This document shows positions 52,379 through 64,000 of a stretch of DNA of 64,000 nt, piece by piece. Made by a program: the position numbers and the translations under genes. Source of the stretch: Octopus sinensis (lineage: Eukaryota); assembly GCF_006345805.1 (NCBI RefSeq), contig NC_042998.1, positions 59,706,001 through 59,770,000 of the forward strand, in the 5' to 3' direction. Position 1 is the stretch's first letter. Every line of letters starts with the position of its first letter. The notes beneath the pieces were generated by a model. The model saw nothing but the letters and a program-made list of their open reading frames with translations. It was not told the origin of the DNA and did no database searches.

Positions 52379-52384
<6 letters not shown>
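52098..52384 (+). mobile_element. Pure-hairpin element with right-hand tail
   Basis: Arms 52098-52223 / 52225-52350 around TAGTGGAGTTG-A-CAACTCCACTA; tail 52353-52384; flanked by (TA)n; contains GAC-GAAA-GT[A/G]C-TA (3' half of an HHR). Confidence 0.85.
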
Positions 52385-52422
<38 letters not shown>

Positions 52423-54074
52423 TGTATAGGCATTATGTACAGAGATAATGCGTTGTATACACAAACACACTGAGTGAGCAAGGTACAGAGAGACGAGGAG
52501 ACAGCGAGGAGAGAGAGAATAGTGTATAATTAAAAAAAAAAGGAAGGTTTATATTTCTGTGCATTATTTTCCACTTTACTGATTAGACAAATCATTCTTC
52601 TTCTTCACTTTTCAAATCTTCATATACAAGTTGCGTGTATGCGACCGTATGTAAGTATCTGTGTATACAATGTACATATATTCATATGCATATTATTATA
52701 TGTATATATATGCATGTATGTGTGTACATATATTGTTCATAATACCTTAGACGTTCTTTTGTTAGTTCAAGCGTATACTGACAATCCCGGTAACTTCTTC
52801 AAATACAAAACATATGAGAACATATGCTTTTTGAACAACACACTCATACAGGCTCTTTTATTGCTTAGGGTTGTGTTCAGAAGTTTGATTGTAACTATGT
52901 AGTGCCGGGTTCAATATTACTGCGTGGTTTAATTTGGACAAGTGGCTTCTAATAAGCTCTTGAATAGACCAACGCTTGTGAGTGAAATTTGATAGATAAT
53001 ATAGGAAAATCCATTTGAAGAACAGCTCCTATGCTAGGGGGTATGAAATAAAAACAATGATAAATCTGAAGAGAAGAACGAACATATAGTGCGTGTGTTT
53101 AGTTGGCAAAAAAAAATGTAAGTTTAAGAGTAGATAGTTTGATTGTTGATGTTTGTTGATATGACGAGCGAAATGTTTTCAGTGATCGATCTGTAGTTTC
53201 TGTAGTTTCACTACAACTGTCCAACTAACTCATGTTCCTTACAACTGCAACAGATGTTAAATTATTCTTCCACTAATGTTCTCTGTGCAGCTGCTTATAA
53301 GCTCTTGCTCTCTTTCTATTGCACTTTCGGTCTTATCTGTCAGCCAGTCCCTTTTACTCTCGTTCTTTCTCTTTCTCTCTTTCTCTTTCTCTCTCTTCGC
53401 ATGCGCTCTCTTTATCTCAATCTTTTTTTACTGTCATGCATATAATCTCGCAGTCTATAAATCTGTCTCTCTCTCTCTCTCTTCCTCTCTCTTTCTTTCT
53501 CTCCCTTCCTCTCTCTTTCTCTCACTCTAGCACACACTCTTTATCTGTCTCTCAGTCTTATACAGGCATTATCACATTGGCAAACACATGTTGCACTTTC
53601 AACTTCCTCTCACTATCTCCATATCCTTCGTTCTCTCTCTCATCCTCTCATCCTCCCTCTCTCTTTCTCTCTCTTTCTATCAATATTTACTCTCATACAT
53701 ATAACTTACCCCTCTTCACATGCCATTCAGTATCCCTCAAATACTATTTATATAATAAATCTTGACATGTTCTCTTTTACTTTACTCCAACTCTCTCATA
53801 CGTAATGTAACTCCATATTCATCCCTTTATTTATTCACCTCATCTCAATTTGTTCCTTTGTTTCTCATCTCTAATCATTCATTTTTTTCCATCCCTTAAC
53901 CTTCTTCGCTTTTATGACACACTCAAGTTCTCCCTCTCTCCCTCTTTCACTTTCTCTCCTACTCCGTCACTTCTTTCCCTTGTTTACTCACGCAGTCAGA
54001 GTGGTAGAGAGTGAATGAGCAAGACATCGATAAATGATACATGCATACATATATACATACATACATACATACAT

Positions 54075-54126
<52 letters not shown>

Positions 54127-54173
54127 TATATGTATATATATATATGTATATATATTATATATATATATATATC

Positions 54174-54211
<38 letters not shown>

Positions 54212-54285
54212 AGATATAGATACATACATACATACATACATATATATATGTGTGCGTGTATACACACAAATATATATATATGTAA

Positions 54286-54326
<41 letters not shown>

Positions 54327-54602
54327 CACATGCATATATACTTGTATACATACATAAACACTCACTCTCTCTCTCACACACACGCACACACACAAACATA
54401 TAAAGGCAAGCCCACGCGCTGTGTATGTGCGTGAAATGTATTTATATTGCATTACATTAGATTTTATTAAATTTACAAGTAGCATTACGCACAAAATAAT
54501 GTTATGATGTAGAGAGAACTCAATAACTTAAGTATATCATTCCCTATGTCTTTCTCTTTCGCTCTAGTTCTCCTCTCCTCTTGCTTCTCTCTCTCTCTCT
54601 CG

Positions 54603-54635
<33 letters not shown>

Positions 54636-54646
54636 GTATATATATA

Positions 54647-54683
<37 letters not shown>

Positions 54684-54690
<7 letters not shown>

Positions 54691-54985
54691 ATCACTTGAC
54701 CGACCAGGCTATCAGATTTTGCAACACATCGCTGGTCACAATGCGCTTCGCATTGTTTCAGCCTTCAAATGACGCCACCCCGCTGGCTAAGCGAGCAGGC
54801 CAACAGAAGAAAGACTGAGAGAAAGTTGTGGCGAAAGAGTACAGCAGGGATCGCCACCACCCCCTGCAGGAGCCTCGTGGAACTTTAGGCGTTTTTTCGC
54901 TCAATAAACATTCATAACACCCGGTCTGAGAATCGAAACCGACACCCCGAGTCCACTGCCCTAACCACTGGGCCATTGCGCCTCC
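54684..54985 (-). mobile_element. tRNA-derived SINE family C, tail variant 2
   Basis: Head GTGGAGGCGCAATGGCCCAGTGGTTAGGGCAG (A box) and GGTTTCGATTC (B box). Confidence 0.82.
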
Positions 54986-55018
54986 ACACACACACACACA
55001 TACACACACACACACATG

Positions 55019-55056
<38 letters not shown>

Positions 55057-55087
55057 GTATATTATATATATATATTTATATATATAA

Positions 55088-55128
<41 letters not shown>

Positions 55129-55193
55129 ATATTTCGGAATAGTCATATTGCTTTAGCCAATAATCTTGCACAACAAATATTTAAACGTATATA

Positions 55194-55257
<64 letters not shown>

Positions 55258-56701
55258 TATATATACTCGCATGCATTTTTATCCTTCTTCCCTAAGCATA
55301 AACACCCCCTCACTCATTCTATCCTTTCTCTCCCTCACCGTCTATCCCTTTATCTTTCTCTCTCTTTCTTACTCTCTCATTTAAATTATCATCATCTATG
55401 AAGTTACTGCAGTCTTTGACTCTTATTTCCTTAGAGTATCCTCTCATTCTAACATCAGCCAACTTATTTTCACGCCCCCTCTCATAGTCCTTTGTAATTC
55501 TATCACCTTTCTCTCTCTGTTTAGTTTGCTCTGTCCTTTTCTCTCACGCTTTACTCTCCTGTTCCTTATCATTTTCTACGGCTGATACTTTCTGCTGTAG
55601 AAAAGTCACTTGTTGTCCGTGCGGTCAACGTCAAACAAAGCCTAATGCATATATATGATATAAACAGATAGTTAGGTACTTGGAAAGATAGATTGATAGA
55701 CAGATAGACAGATAGATAAATAGAGAGAGAGAGGGGGGAAAGAGAGAGAGAGGAGATAAAGCTTTTTTTATAAACACAAAAATAAAAGTAACAATAAATA
55801 ACATAAGCAAAGGATAAATAAACCTGCACATCACTGATGCACTGTAATGTGAAACGTGTTCAAATTATATCTACATGCGCCTCTGCTATAGGAATTTACT
55901 ATTTTTTACAATGAAATAATGTCAACATAGTACAACCACCAGTAACAACAACCTCGATGTTAAAAACCAGCAAATACATCTTACAGTTGATACAAGGATG
56001 TTTTATGTGTAAAATGTTTCCATTATCACCATGGCTACATACGGAGGAGGAAATTAAAGATTAAATATAAAGTGATCAATATATATTTATATATATATTT
56101 CCATCTACCCTTCACGTACATAGATACACAGACACATATACGTATACGTAGGCACGGACAAAAGCACACGTGCGCGCATGCACACACGCACGCACACACG
56201 CACATACATAAACACACGCACGCACACACGCACATACACAAACACACGCACACACACACAGAAGAGACACTATAAGCAGTCGAAAGGACACCGGTTGTAT
56301 TTGATTGTGTTGCGGAACGGTGGAGTGCGACTAATATTCAACAATTCTATGGGGAAAAAAGAAAGGTGATTTATTTTATACAAATTTCTTTAAAAAATTG
56401 TCATTTTAATTTGTTTATGCTGAGAGTAGTGAGAATGAACAAACAGTTACACACAGGATTAAACAACTTTTATTCTGATTTTAGGATTTTGAATTGAGTA
56501 ATCCGGATTCGATAAAAAGAAAAGTAAAAAGTTAACTGGAGCATTTTGGGGCCGAACTAAAATATAACTTGTCTCCACATAAAATTAATCTCGTGTTTAC
56601 GCAAAAGTAATCGATCTTATCAGCATTACTAATACAATTATTATTATTAATGTAAACAATCTTACTTGCGTTGAAATCACTTTTATCATCGGAAGCAAAA
56701 A

Positions 56702-56737
<36 letters not shown>

Positions 56738-59700
56738 AGAGAGAGAGAGAAAAAAAAAGTTTTGGTTATTCTTAGATAAATACAACGTAAAAAAAATTCT
56801 GTAGATTTCTAAAGTCCATCATACTTACACACACTTATGCAGATGCAGAAACACAAGCATACACACACAAGCACGATTATATACAATATATAGATTGATA
56901 TTTGAGTAAGGGGTGTGAGTTGGTATTAAAAATTATAAAACTATTACATTTAGCAGGAATAATTGTATATAAAAATTGATAGATACATAGGGTGTGTGTG
57001 TGTATGGGTGTGTGTATGTGTGTCTGTGTGTGTGTGTATGAATGTATGTGTTAAAAGGAAAATTAAATCGCACTAATATCACCTTAACAATAATTTCTTA
57101 CATGTAAATAATCGTAATATATAAATCAGTTCAATAATTGAGCTGATTTAATCAAGCTTCTTTCTCCCAAATTTCCAGACTTTGAAATTATTATTTTTAC
57201 TATCATTGTTGCTGTTGCTACTTTTGCTGCCGCCGTTCTTCTTTTAGAAGTTCTCGCATCATTTCAACGGTAAGATTTTTTTTAAAGGATTGTTAGCCGA
57301 AAAGCATTTCGTGAAAAGAATAATGATATCAGCAGCAACAACAGTAAACACACGCATACATATATATACTTAAGTATTTACATGCATACGCACACATATT
57401 TGTAATTACATACATAAATACACGCACGAGTGCACACACACAAACACAAACGCATACACACACATACACACGTAACATAAAAACTCAGATATAACAACAT
57501 AAAAAATACGCGAATGTGCGTTCGCATACATGCATGTAAAGAGACATGTTTACGCATGGATTGGAGTTTTATTTTAAGTATAACCAGTCCAATTATTTGC
57601 TACAAATATTTCTCACAAAATTTATTTACGGAAGAAAACATATAGAGCATTAATAGAAGCACTTGATAGCTACAGAATTAGAAACTTAGCTGAACATATA
57701 TACTTCTATATACTTATCTATTTTAACGATATAGATTGATATCTTTTAAGATTTTTTTTCTATTTCTTTAAAGATCAATGCCCTAAAATGTATTTAACCT
57801 TTAACTCTAAAGCACACACTGGTCAAATACATGTATCGATTTAATTAACTCTTCCATATCGACAAATTAGTGGTTTCTTTCCGAAATATAATATTCTTGT
57901 TGTTGCTGTTGTTGTTATTGCTGCTGCTGCTGCTGCTGCTCCTGCTGCTGTTGCTGCTGTGACTGTTGTGATTTTCACACCGAAATTTTATTTATATTAT
58001 CGTGCAGCTGTATTGAAATATACTGGGTTTCTCAAAAACTTATCACAAATCTAAGAAAAAAAAACAACGAAAAAACCCAAAGCAAACACTCGTTACAAAT
58101 AACGCACACATACACACCCAAGCACACATATATAGTTATATATAACTTTATATTCGTATATATACATACATATATATATATATCAATATCAATATCAATA
58201 TATATATATATATTGATATAGGTAGATAGATATATACATATATACATACATACTGATATACATATGCACACACAAACACATACACACACACGCACACACA
58301 CAAACAGACTCACATACATATGTATATAAATATTTGTCATTGCGTGTGTGTTAATACCTCGTTTATGTATGAGTTCATCACTCATTTAAGCTGTCATTGT
58401 CGTTTTTTGAAATCTGGCATAAAATCAATAGGTAAACAATAGTTACACGGCTCTGAGTCTATTTACAGTAATGCTCAACATAAGGCAATTACTAGGTTAG
58501 ATAAATTATCTTGGAATATTGTTTTCTAAATTATTCATCTAATTTTCTTTTCACTGTTTTAAAGCTTACAATATATTGTTACACTACGATAAGCATTTCT
58601 AATAAACTGTGAACAATATTACACTAATTATAATTAATATATGAAACCGAGAATCACTTCGATATTTTTCCCCGTTTATGTAAAAATAGAAGCAACATTC
58701 CAAGTAATGACTATTTTAATGAGAATAACATTGGGAACGTAATTAATTTCTGAGCTAATTTCATACAAAAACTGCAGAATTATTTTTTGTAACCTTTAGA
58801 ATAATAATATTAAAATACTTTTCTAAATACCCTGTAAAATAACAACTTTTTTATATATTGGGAAACTAGAAACACATACAGTTTGACACAAAGCACACTC
58901 AGTTAACAAACTACAAAAACGTATACACAAGCATATACATAAAACATTTTACACGCATAGAATCTATATACACATACACACATACGGATAAAATACATAT
59001 AAACATACATACACAGTTTATATATATATATACATACAAATATATATATACTTATTATTATTATTGTTGTTATTATTATTATTATTATCATTATTATTAT
59101 TATTACTGCCACACGAAACCAAAATTCTAATAATAATATATTATATATATTTCATTATTTTCGCAGAAACTTTGTGAAATCTCTTTAAGAAAATCTTTTG
59201 TTTTCTGTTTATGAAGTTACAGTTTATTGTTTGCATATAAATATAAAAGTAAAATATTTCACAACGTTTTCATACTGTTGCTTTCATGTGTAGAGTCATA
59301 CGACTATATCATTTATTTCTATAAATGCACCTCAAAAGTTAACTTTTTATTTGTATTATTGTGAAGTTATTCCACAGTAATATCAATTAAGCTTTTCACT
59401 TAATTACATTTTCGGCGTGCTAATGTTATTATTATAACAATTTCAATAGTAAATTTTAATTCGTGAAACAAAGTATGCTGTTTTGTGAACATAAACAGCA
59501 TCCTAATAAATAATTTGATTGTCTTTCAAAAATCATTTATTCCAACTGGACAATTTAAAAGATATTTTCTTTAATTTGCCAATTATCCAGTGATTTGATT
59601 ACTTCTACTATGAAGCAGTAAAGATCTACAATTTTCAATCATTGTTGATTTATATAATTATTTATTCATAGAAGTTAAAATGTTGGCAATTTATGTTACT

Positions 59701-59914
59701 GCAAATTGTAAAAATTTAAAATTGAAATTTTTATTCTTATTTTATTCAAACCGATAATGTTTTATGAATATTGTATAATATAGATCATCTAATCGTTTCT
59801 CACACTCGCCTACATTCACCCATACAGGCACAGATATACGGAGACTCACACAGACACACAGACATAAACAGACACAATCACGCTCATATCGGAGCGCGCG
59901 CACATACAAATATA

Positions 59915-59965
59915 TTTTATTGGCCTTTAATATATAATCACTGCTTATTAGAGTTGGATCGATAA
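59915..59965 (+). promoter_or_regulatory. Candidate core promoter of the GPCR gene
   Basis: ATTGG (reverse CCAAT, 59919), TATATAA (59931) and ATCGATA (DRE-like, 59958), ~350 bp before the ATG; motif-only evidence in AT-rich DNA. Confidence 0.25.
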
Positions 59966-60291
59966 GTAGCGAATCAATATTTAAAAGTTTGGAAGCATTG
60001 TATCATTACAAATTGGCATTCTTTAAAGCTACAACTTTTCTCGATGTTTGACACCAATAATATATTGAATATCTTGGCGACCGAAGTATTTGTTTTTCGG
60101 CTTCAAGAATGAAGTTACCATATAAAGGTTCTGACAGTTATGAAAACTAACCCAAAGAGATTTTCACTTTTCATACTTTTCAAAACATCATCATAAACAT
60201 TTGAGCATTATTTGAAAAAAAAACGTGCAAAAGACACAGCGAAATACCTTGGATAATAAAAAAATAACGGCTTCGTTATAGAAAGTTAACA

Positions 60292-60628
60292 ATGGAGGAA
60301 AATGATGCTTTGTACTCTGATTTTGATAACTATACTGACCAAATAACCGACTCTGTTATATCCAGTATAAATGGAAGTAATATAACACACCATATAATTA
60401 CTTACCCTTTGTTAAAGCAACAACTTCACAATATTATAATTTACTCAGTGGCTTATGGAACAGTGTTTCTTTTTGCTTTCATTGGTAATATTTTTGTGAT
60501 TGCCACGGTATGTCGAAACAGGAATATGCACACAGTAACAAATTATTTCCTTGTCAATCTTGCTGTAGCTGACATTTTAGTTGCTGTGTTTTGTTTACCA
60601 ATGACACTTTTAGACAACCTCTTTAGCG
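60292..60628 (+). CDS. First coding exon of a class A neuropeptide GPCR (NPFF/SIFamide receptor-like): N-terminus, TM1, TM2
   Basis: In-frame upstream TAA, AACAATGG start context, N-glycosylation sequons (NYT, NGS, NIT), TM1 [31 protein letters not shown], ending at a phase-1 G|GTAAGT donor; further exons were not found in the window. Confidence 0.93.
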
Positions 60629-61414
60629 GTAAGTAAACTATTGGTTAATTTATGATTTCTTTTTAATTCTATGTTCGTTCATGTATCGTTATTATTTAAT
60701 TTTTGTTTATATTTTTACATTTACGCTCTTTCGTTTCTTGAATCAGTAATATGATAATGTCACGAATTTGTCACGTTATTTACATGTGGAGATATGTTTC
60801 ATTAAGCCATATAAAAAAATGCTCAATTTCTTTTTAATATAAACGTTTTTATCAATTCCTTTCACTCTCTCAGCAATTAACTTGTGTAAGATATCAATGA
60901 ATGCCAGAAGCGTGATAACATTTGAATGCAAAAGGCTAATTTCTGTGACTAATATTAACCTCTGCTAATATTCAGTACAAAAAAATTTGTATCTCATTTT
61001 TATTCTTGTTTTTTTATTTTTTTAATATTCTGGACAAGAGAGCCTTATGATAAATGTAAAATTAATCATTTAAAACTCTTTTTGAACAAAATATCGATTG
61101 GGATAGAGTTTTGTATTTGAACAAATATACATTTTTTTTACAATTTGTCCATTTTTCTGTAAATTTCAAGTCTCTATAACGCATCCAGAAGCTCAAAAAG
61201 TATTGACGTTGATGACCTGATATTATATTATAGATTGCATTTAATAATTAGGGATTGTATTATTGTCTATTCTTGTTTATATGTTTTATTTTAGCTCCAG
61301 ATCACTTCTGCTGGAGCCGACCAATGATCAAACGCATTTCAGCTGCAAGTATCTTGCAATTTACAGACTTCATTATATATATATATATATATATACATTA
61401 ATATATATATATAT

Positions 61415-61468
<54 letters not shown>

Positions 61469-61474
61469 TATATA

Positions 61475-61547
<73 letters not shown>

Positions 61548-62334
61548 GTATATATATATATACATTAATATATATATCTATATATATGCATGTATGTATA
61601 TATATATATATATAGTGGTAAACATACATATATATATTGTATACATACATTCATATGCATTCATACACACATATACACACACATGTGCACGCACGCACAC
61701 GCTCATACACACTTGCACTTATATATAACTACAATATTCAGTGCGACGTTTCAAATTTAACACAGCCGTCTGAAATTATGTGGTTAGAAGGAGTTGCAAA
61801 AAGTTCAGTAGCTAATATACAAATGTAGAAGATTCATCGTTGATTCATGCTTTATTACCGTAGTTACCAATCATCTCAACATTTCTTTTTCAGTGAAACC
61901 ATAGACAGGTTTTCATCATATAACTGAAATATTCAGTAACTCCTTATGTGATTTCTCCACAATGTATCATTCTTTGTAGGCATATATATTTTGTCAGTAT
62001 CGTTACTACTTTTAAACATTTTTTCTGTAAGCAGCTGATATTTCTTAATCTAGTGTATGTTTATTCAACCACATTTTATCTTATACGTAAAACATATCAT
62101 AAATCAAGTAAACTACCAATCATATATTAACCTTTCTATTATTTTGTTTCACTTTTTCTTTACTCATGACCTTTTGAATCAGAAATATTTTGAAATAATT
62201 TTCATAAAGTAATAACCAATTTGTTTCCAGTTGAATACATGAGTTGTGTAGTATTACTCAGATGTCAACAGTTTGCTCTTCATTTTCCTTATTATTAATT
62301 CAACAAAAATGTTACATAATGCAACTAGCTAATA

Positions 62335-62550
62335 ATCATTTCAAATGTTGGTACAACGCAAGGAATTCTAGGTGAGGAGTTAAAACGATTGCATCAAATT
62401 CAGGGCTCAAATGGTACTTATTTTATCGTCCTAGAAAGAAGGAAATGCAAAGTCAACCTCGGCAGAATGTAACCCGGAATATAATGAGGAGACGAAACGC
62501 TAGTAAGCATTTTGCCCAACATCTAACAATTCTCTCTACTCACCGCATTA
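62335..62550 (-). mobile_element. SINE family A, decayed, in the GPCR intron
   Basis: TGGTACTTATTTTATCG..AAATGCAAAGTCAACCTCGGCAGAAT..AAGCATTTTGCCC. Confidence 0.75.
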
Positions 62551-64000
62551 CATCAAAACAGTGAGTTGGTGTGACAATGAACTTCATAATCCATTGGGTC
62601 GTACTTTGTCTCTTGCACTATTTCCTGATAAATAGGAACTGGAGGAGTTCAGGCTGATTCTCTTTTCAATGGAATAAAAAATTGAACTCGTGAAAGCTAA
62701 ATAAACACTTGGAAATGTTATATCCCTCAGGCTATTTCAGCGAACAGTTAAGATTTAGTACTTTAAAATAATGGACTGACCATGAAAAATTGAATATTTC
62801 AGCCACAGACATTTCAAAGCACCGACGTATCACGGCGCCGAGAACTAGCCTTAATTATTCGGCTGACAAACTATGCATTATCAACTCTAATTACCATCAC
62901 TGTTTAACAGCGTATACTAAAAAGACTAATGTCAGTATGTTTAACAGATGACTTATTTAGAAAAGGAACAAAACTTGTTAATTCGCTTTCAAAAATGACA
63001 TAATGAAAATGTCTAATTTATTAGATTTTATTGACTCGTTAATTTTGATTACTTGCGGCATGCAAGAACGTAAGACTTATTGGATTAAATAAGTCAGTTC
63101 ATGGTCAAATTTTTCTCAAAGTTATTGTATATGTAAATGTGGGATTCGAACTGGAAACTGAAGCATATCCTATGATATATTTCTCTACCAAATGGAAGAA
63201 ATCATCAAACCGATAGTCAGAGGGTTTATACGTCAGAACATAAATAGAATGCTGTGACATTTATTCAGTTCCAGAAGGTTATTGTTGCCTAACCAAAGGT
63301 AGCAAAACTGAAACCGACCAAAGAAGCAAACAATGTTCTAGCTTTGAGCGTCCGTTTCTTGTTCATCTTCTTATCTTTTAGATATAGTGTGTCTTGGGTC
63401 ACATTATTGAATTTTTATTTCTTAAGACAATAAAGTATTATTTGAAAGAAATTTACTACTATTTCTTGAATGTTCTGTCACTATGTGTACGTTCCTATTC
63501 TATAAAGTATTTTGAAGTTACGCAAGGTAAGATTTCTTAAATGAGAGTATTAATCCCCAAGTACTTTGCTCTAAATTTCTCACTTCTCAATATTTTAAGC
63601 TGCTTCATGACTCGCACCAAAAATATGCGAGGCGTTATGCTTATTTATAATTGCAAATATCATCATATAAGGTTAAGAAAATTAAAATCATGCGGAGTCG
63701 TATTGTTTTACAATTCAATTATTGACCTTGATTTATATCTCCATAGTTTGATATCTTGATATCTTTAAACTTAATAAAACATTGACGTAACTCTCCTGTT
63801 CCCACCTAAGTGTTTCATTATATCCGCCATACGTATTTTTATCGCAATCTTTTCTATCATTTCTTACCGAATGCTCAATTTTGTTTGAATTTAACGTTTA
63901 TAGGCCTATTACTTTTCCTGTCCAAAATTTCTATTTTATATAATGGAAGGGATGGTCATCATCTATATACCATGGGTCTATGCAATCAGTATGGTTCCAG

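Larger units (their letters stand above)
51320..53120. repeat. Old ~400-bp inverted duplication (arms ~51320-51731 and ~52728-53120)
   Basis: Collinear reverse-complement match, e.g. CCACTTGTCCAAATTAAACCACGCAGTA / TACTGCGTGGTTTAATTTGGACAAGTGG and GAAGAAGTTACC / GGTAACTTCTTC; includes a decayed family B SINE head plus non-SINE flank. Confidence 0.85.

Noticed and set aside
32708-54985. tRNA-like A/B boxes as tRNA genes
   Set aside because: No cloverleaf; each continues into a multi-copy SINE body
11770-61828. Dozens of ORFs rich in YI, CV, HT, SL or IYLS/IHPS repeats (including the 265-aa ORF at 37431)
   Set aside because: They are stop-free translations of (TA)n, (TG)n, (TC)n and (TCTA/TCCA)n microsatellites

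Overview
AT-rich, microsatellite-dense animal genomic DNA. The SINE families and repeat landscape suggest an octopus or other cephalopod mollusc, but this is inferred, not proven. The only recognisable host gene is the first coding exon of a rhodopsin-class neuropeptide GPCR (NPFF/SIFamide-receptor-like, 60292-60628, +). The other ~56 kb upstream is mostly transposon remnants: a BEL/Pao fragment, a full-length IR/DR Tc1, two mariners, three RTE-type LINE fragments, a CR1/L2-group LINE with a CCCH-finger ORF1, an intact solo ORF1 (HAL1-like) and three tRNA-SINE families. The most striking pattern is about a dozen Penelope-like (PLE) insertions in (TA)n/(TG)n microsatellites. Many carry minimal type-I hammerhead ribozyme (HHR) motifs, including U3-A8 covariant cores, and a 'foldback arms + single-sided tail' layout ranging from 2 kb RT/GIY-YIG copies to ~200 bp pure hairpins. 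One mini-hairpin turns around within 2 nt of the predicted ribozyme cleavage site of its longer relative, suggesting cleavage followed by cDNA snap-back. Most ORFs in the supplied track are microsatellite artefacts. All RNA structures were paired by eye and none are computed.
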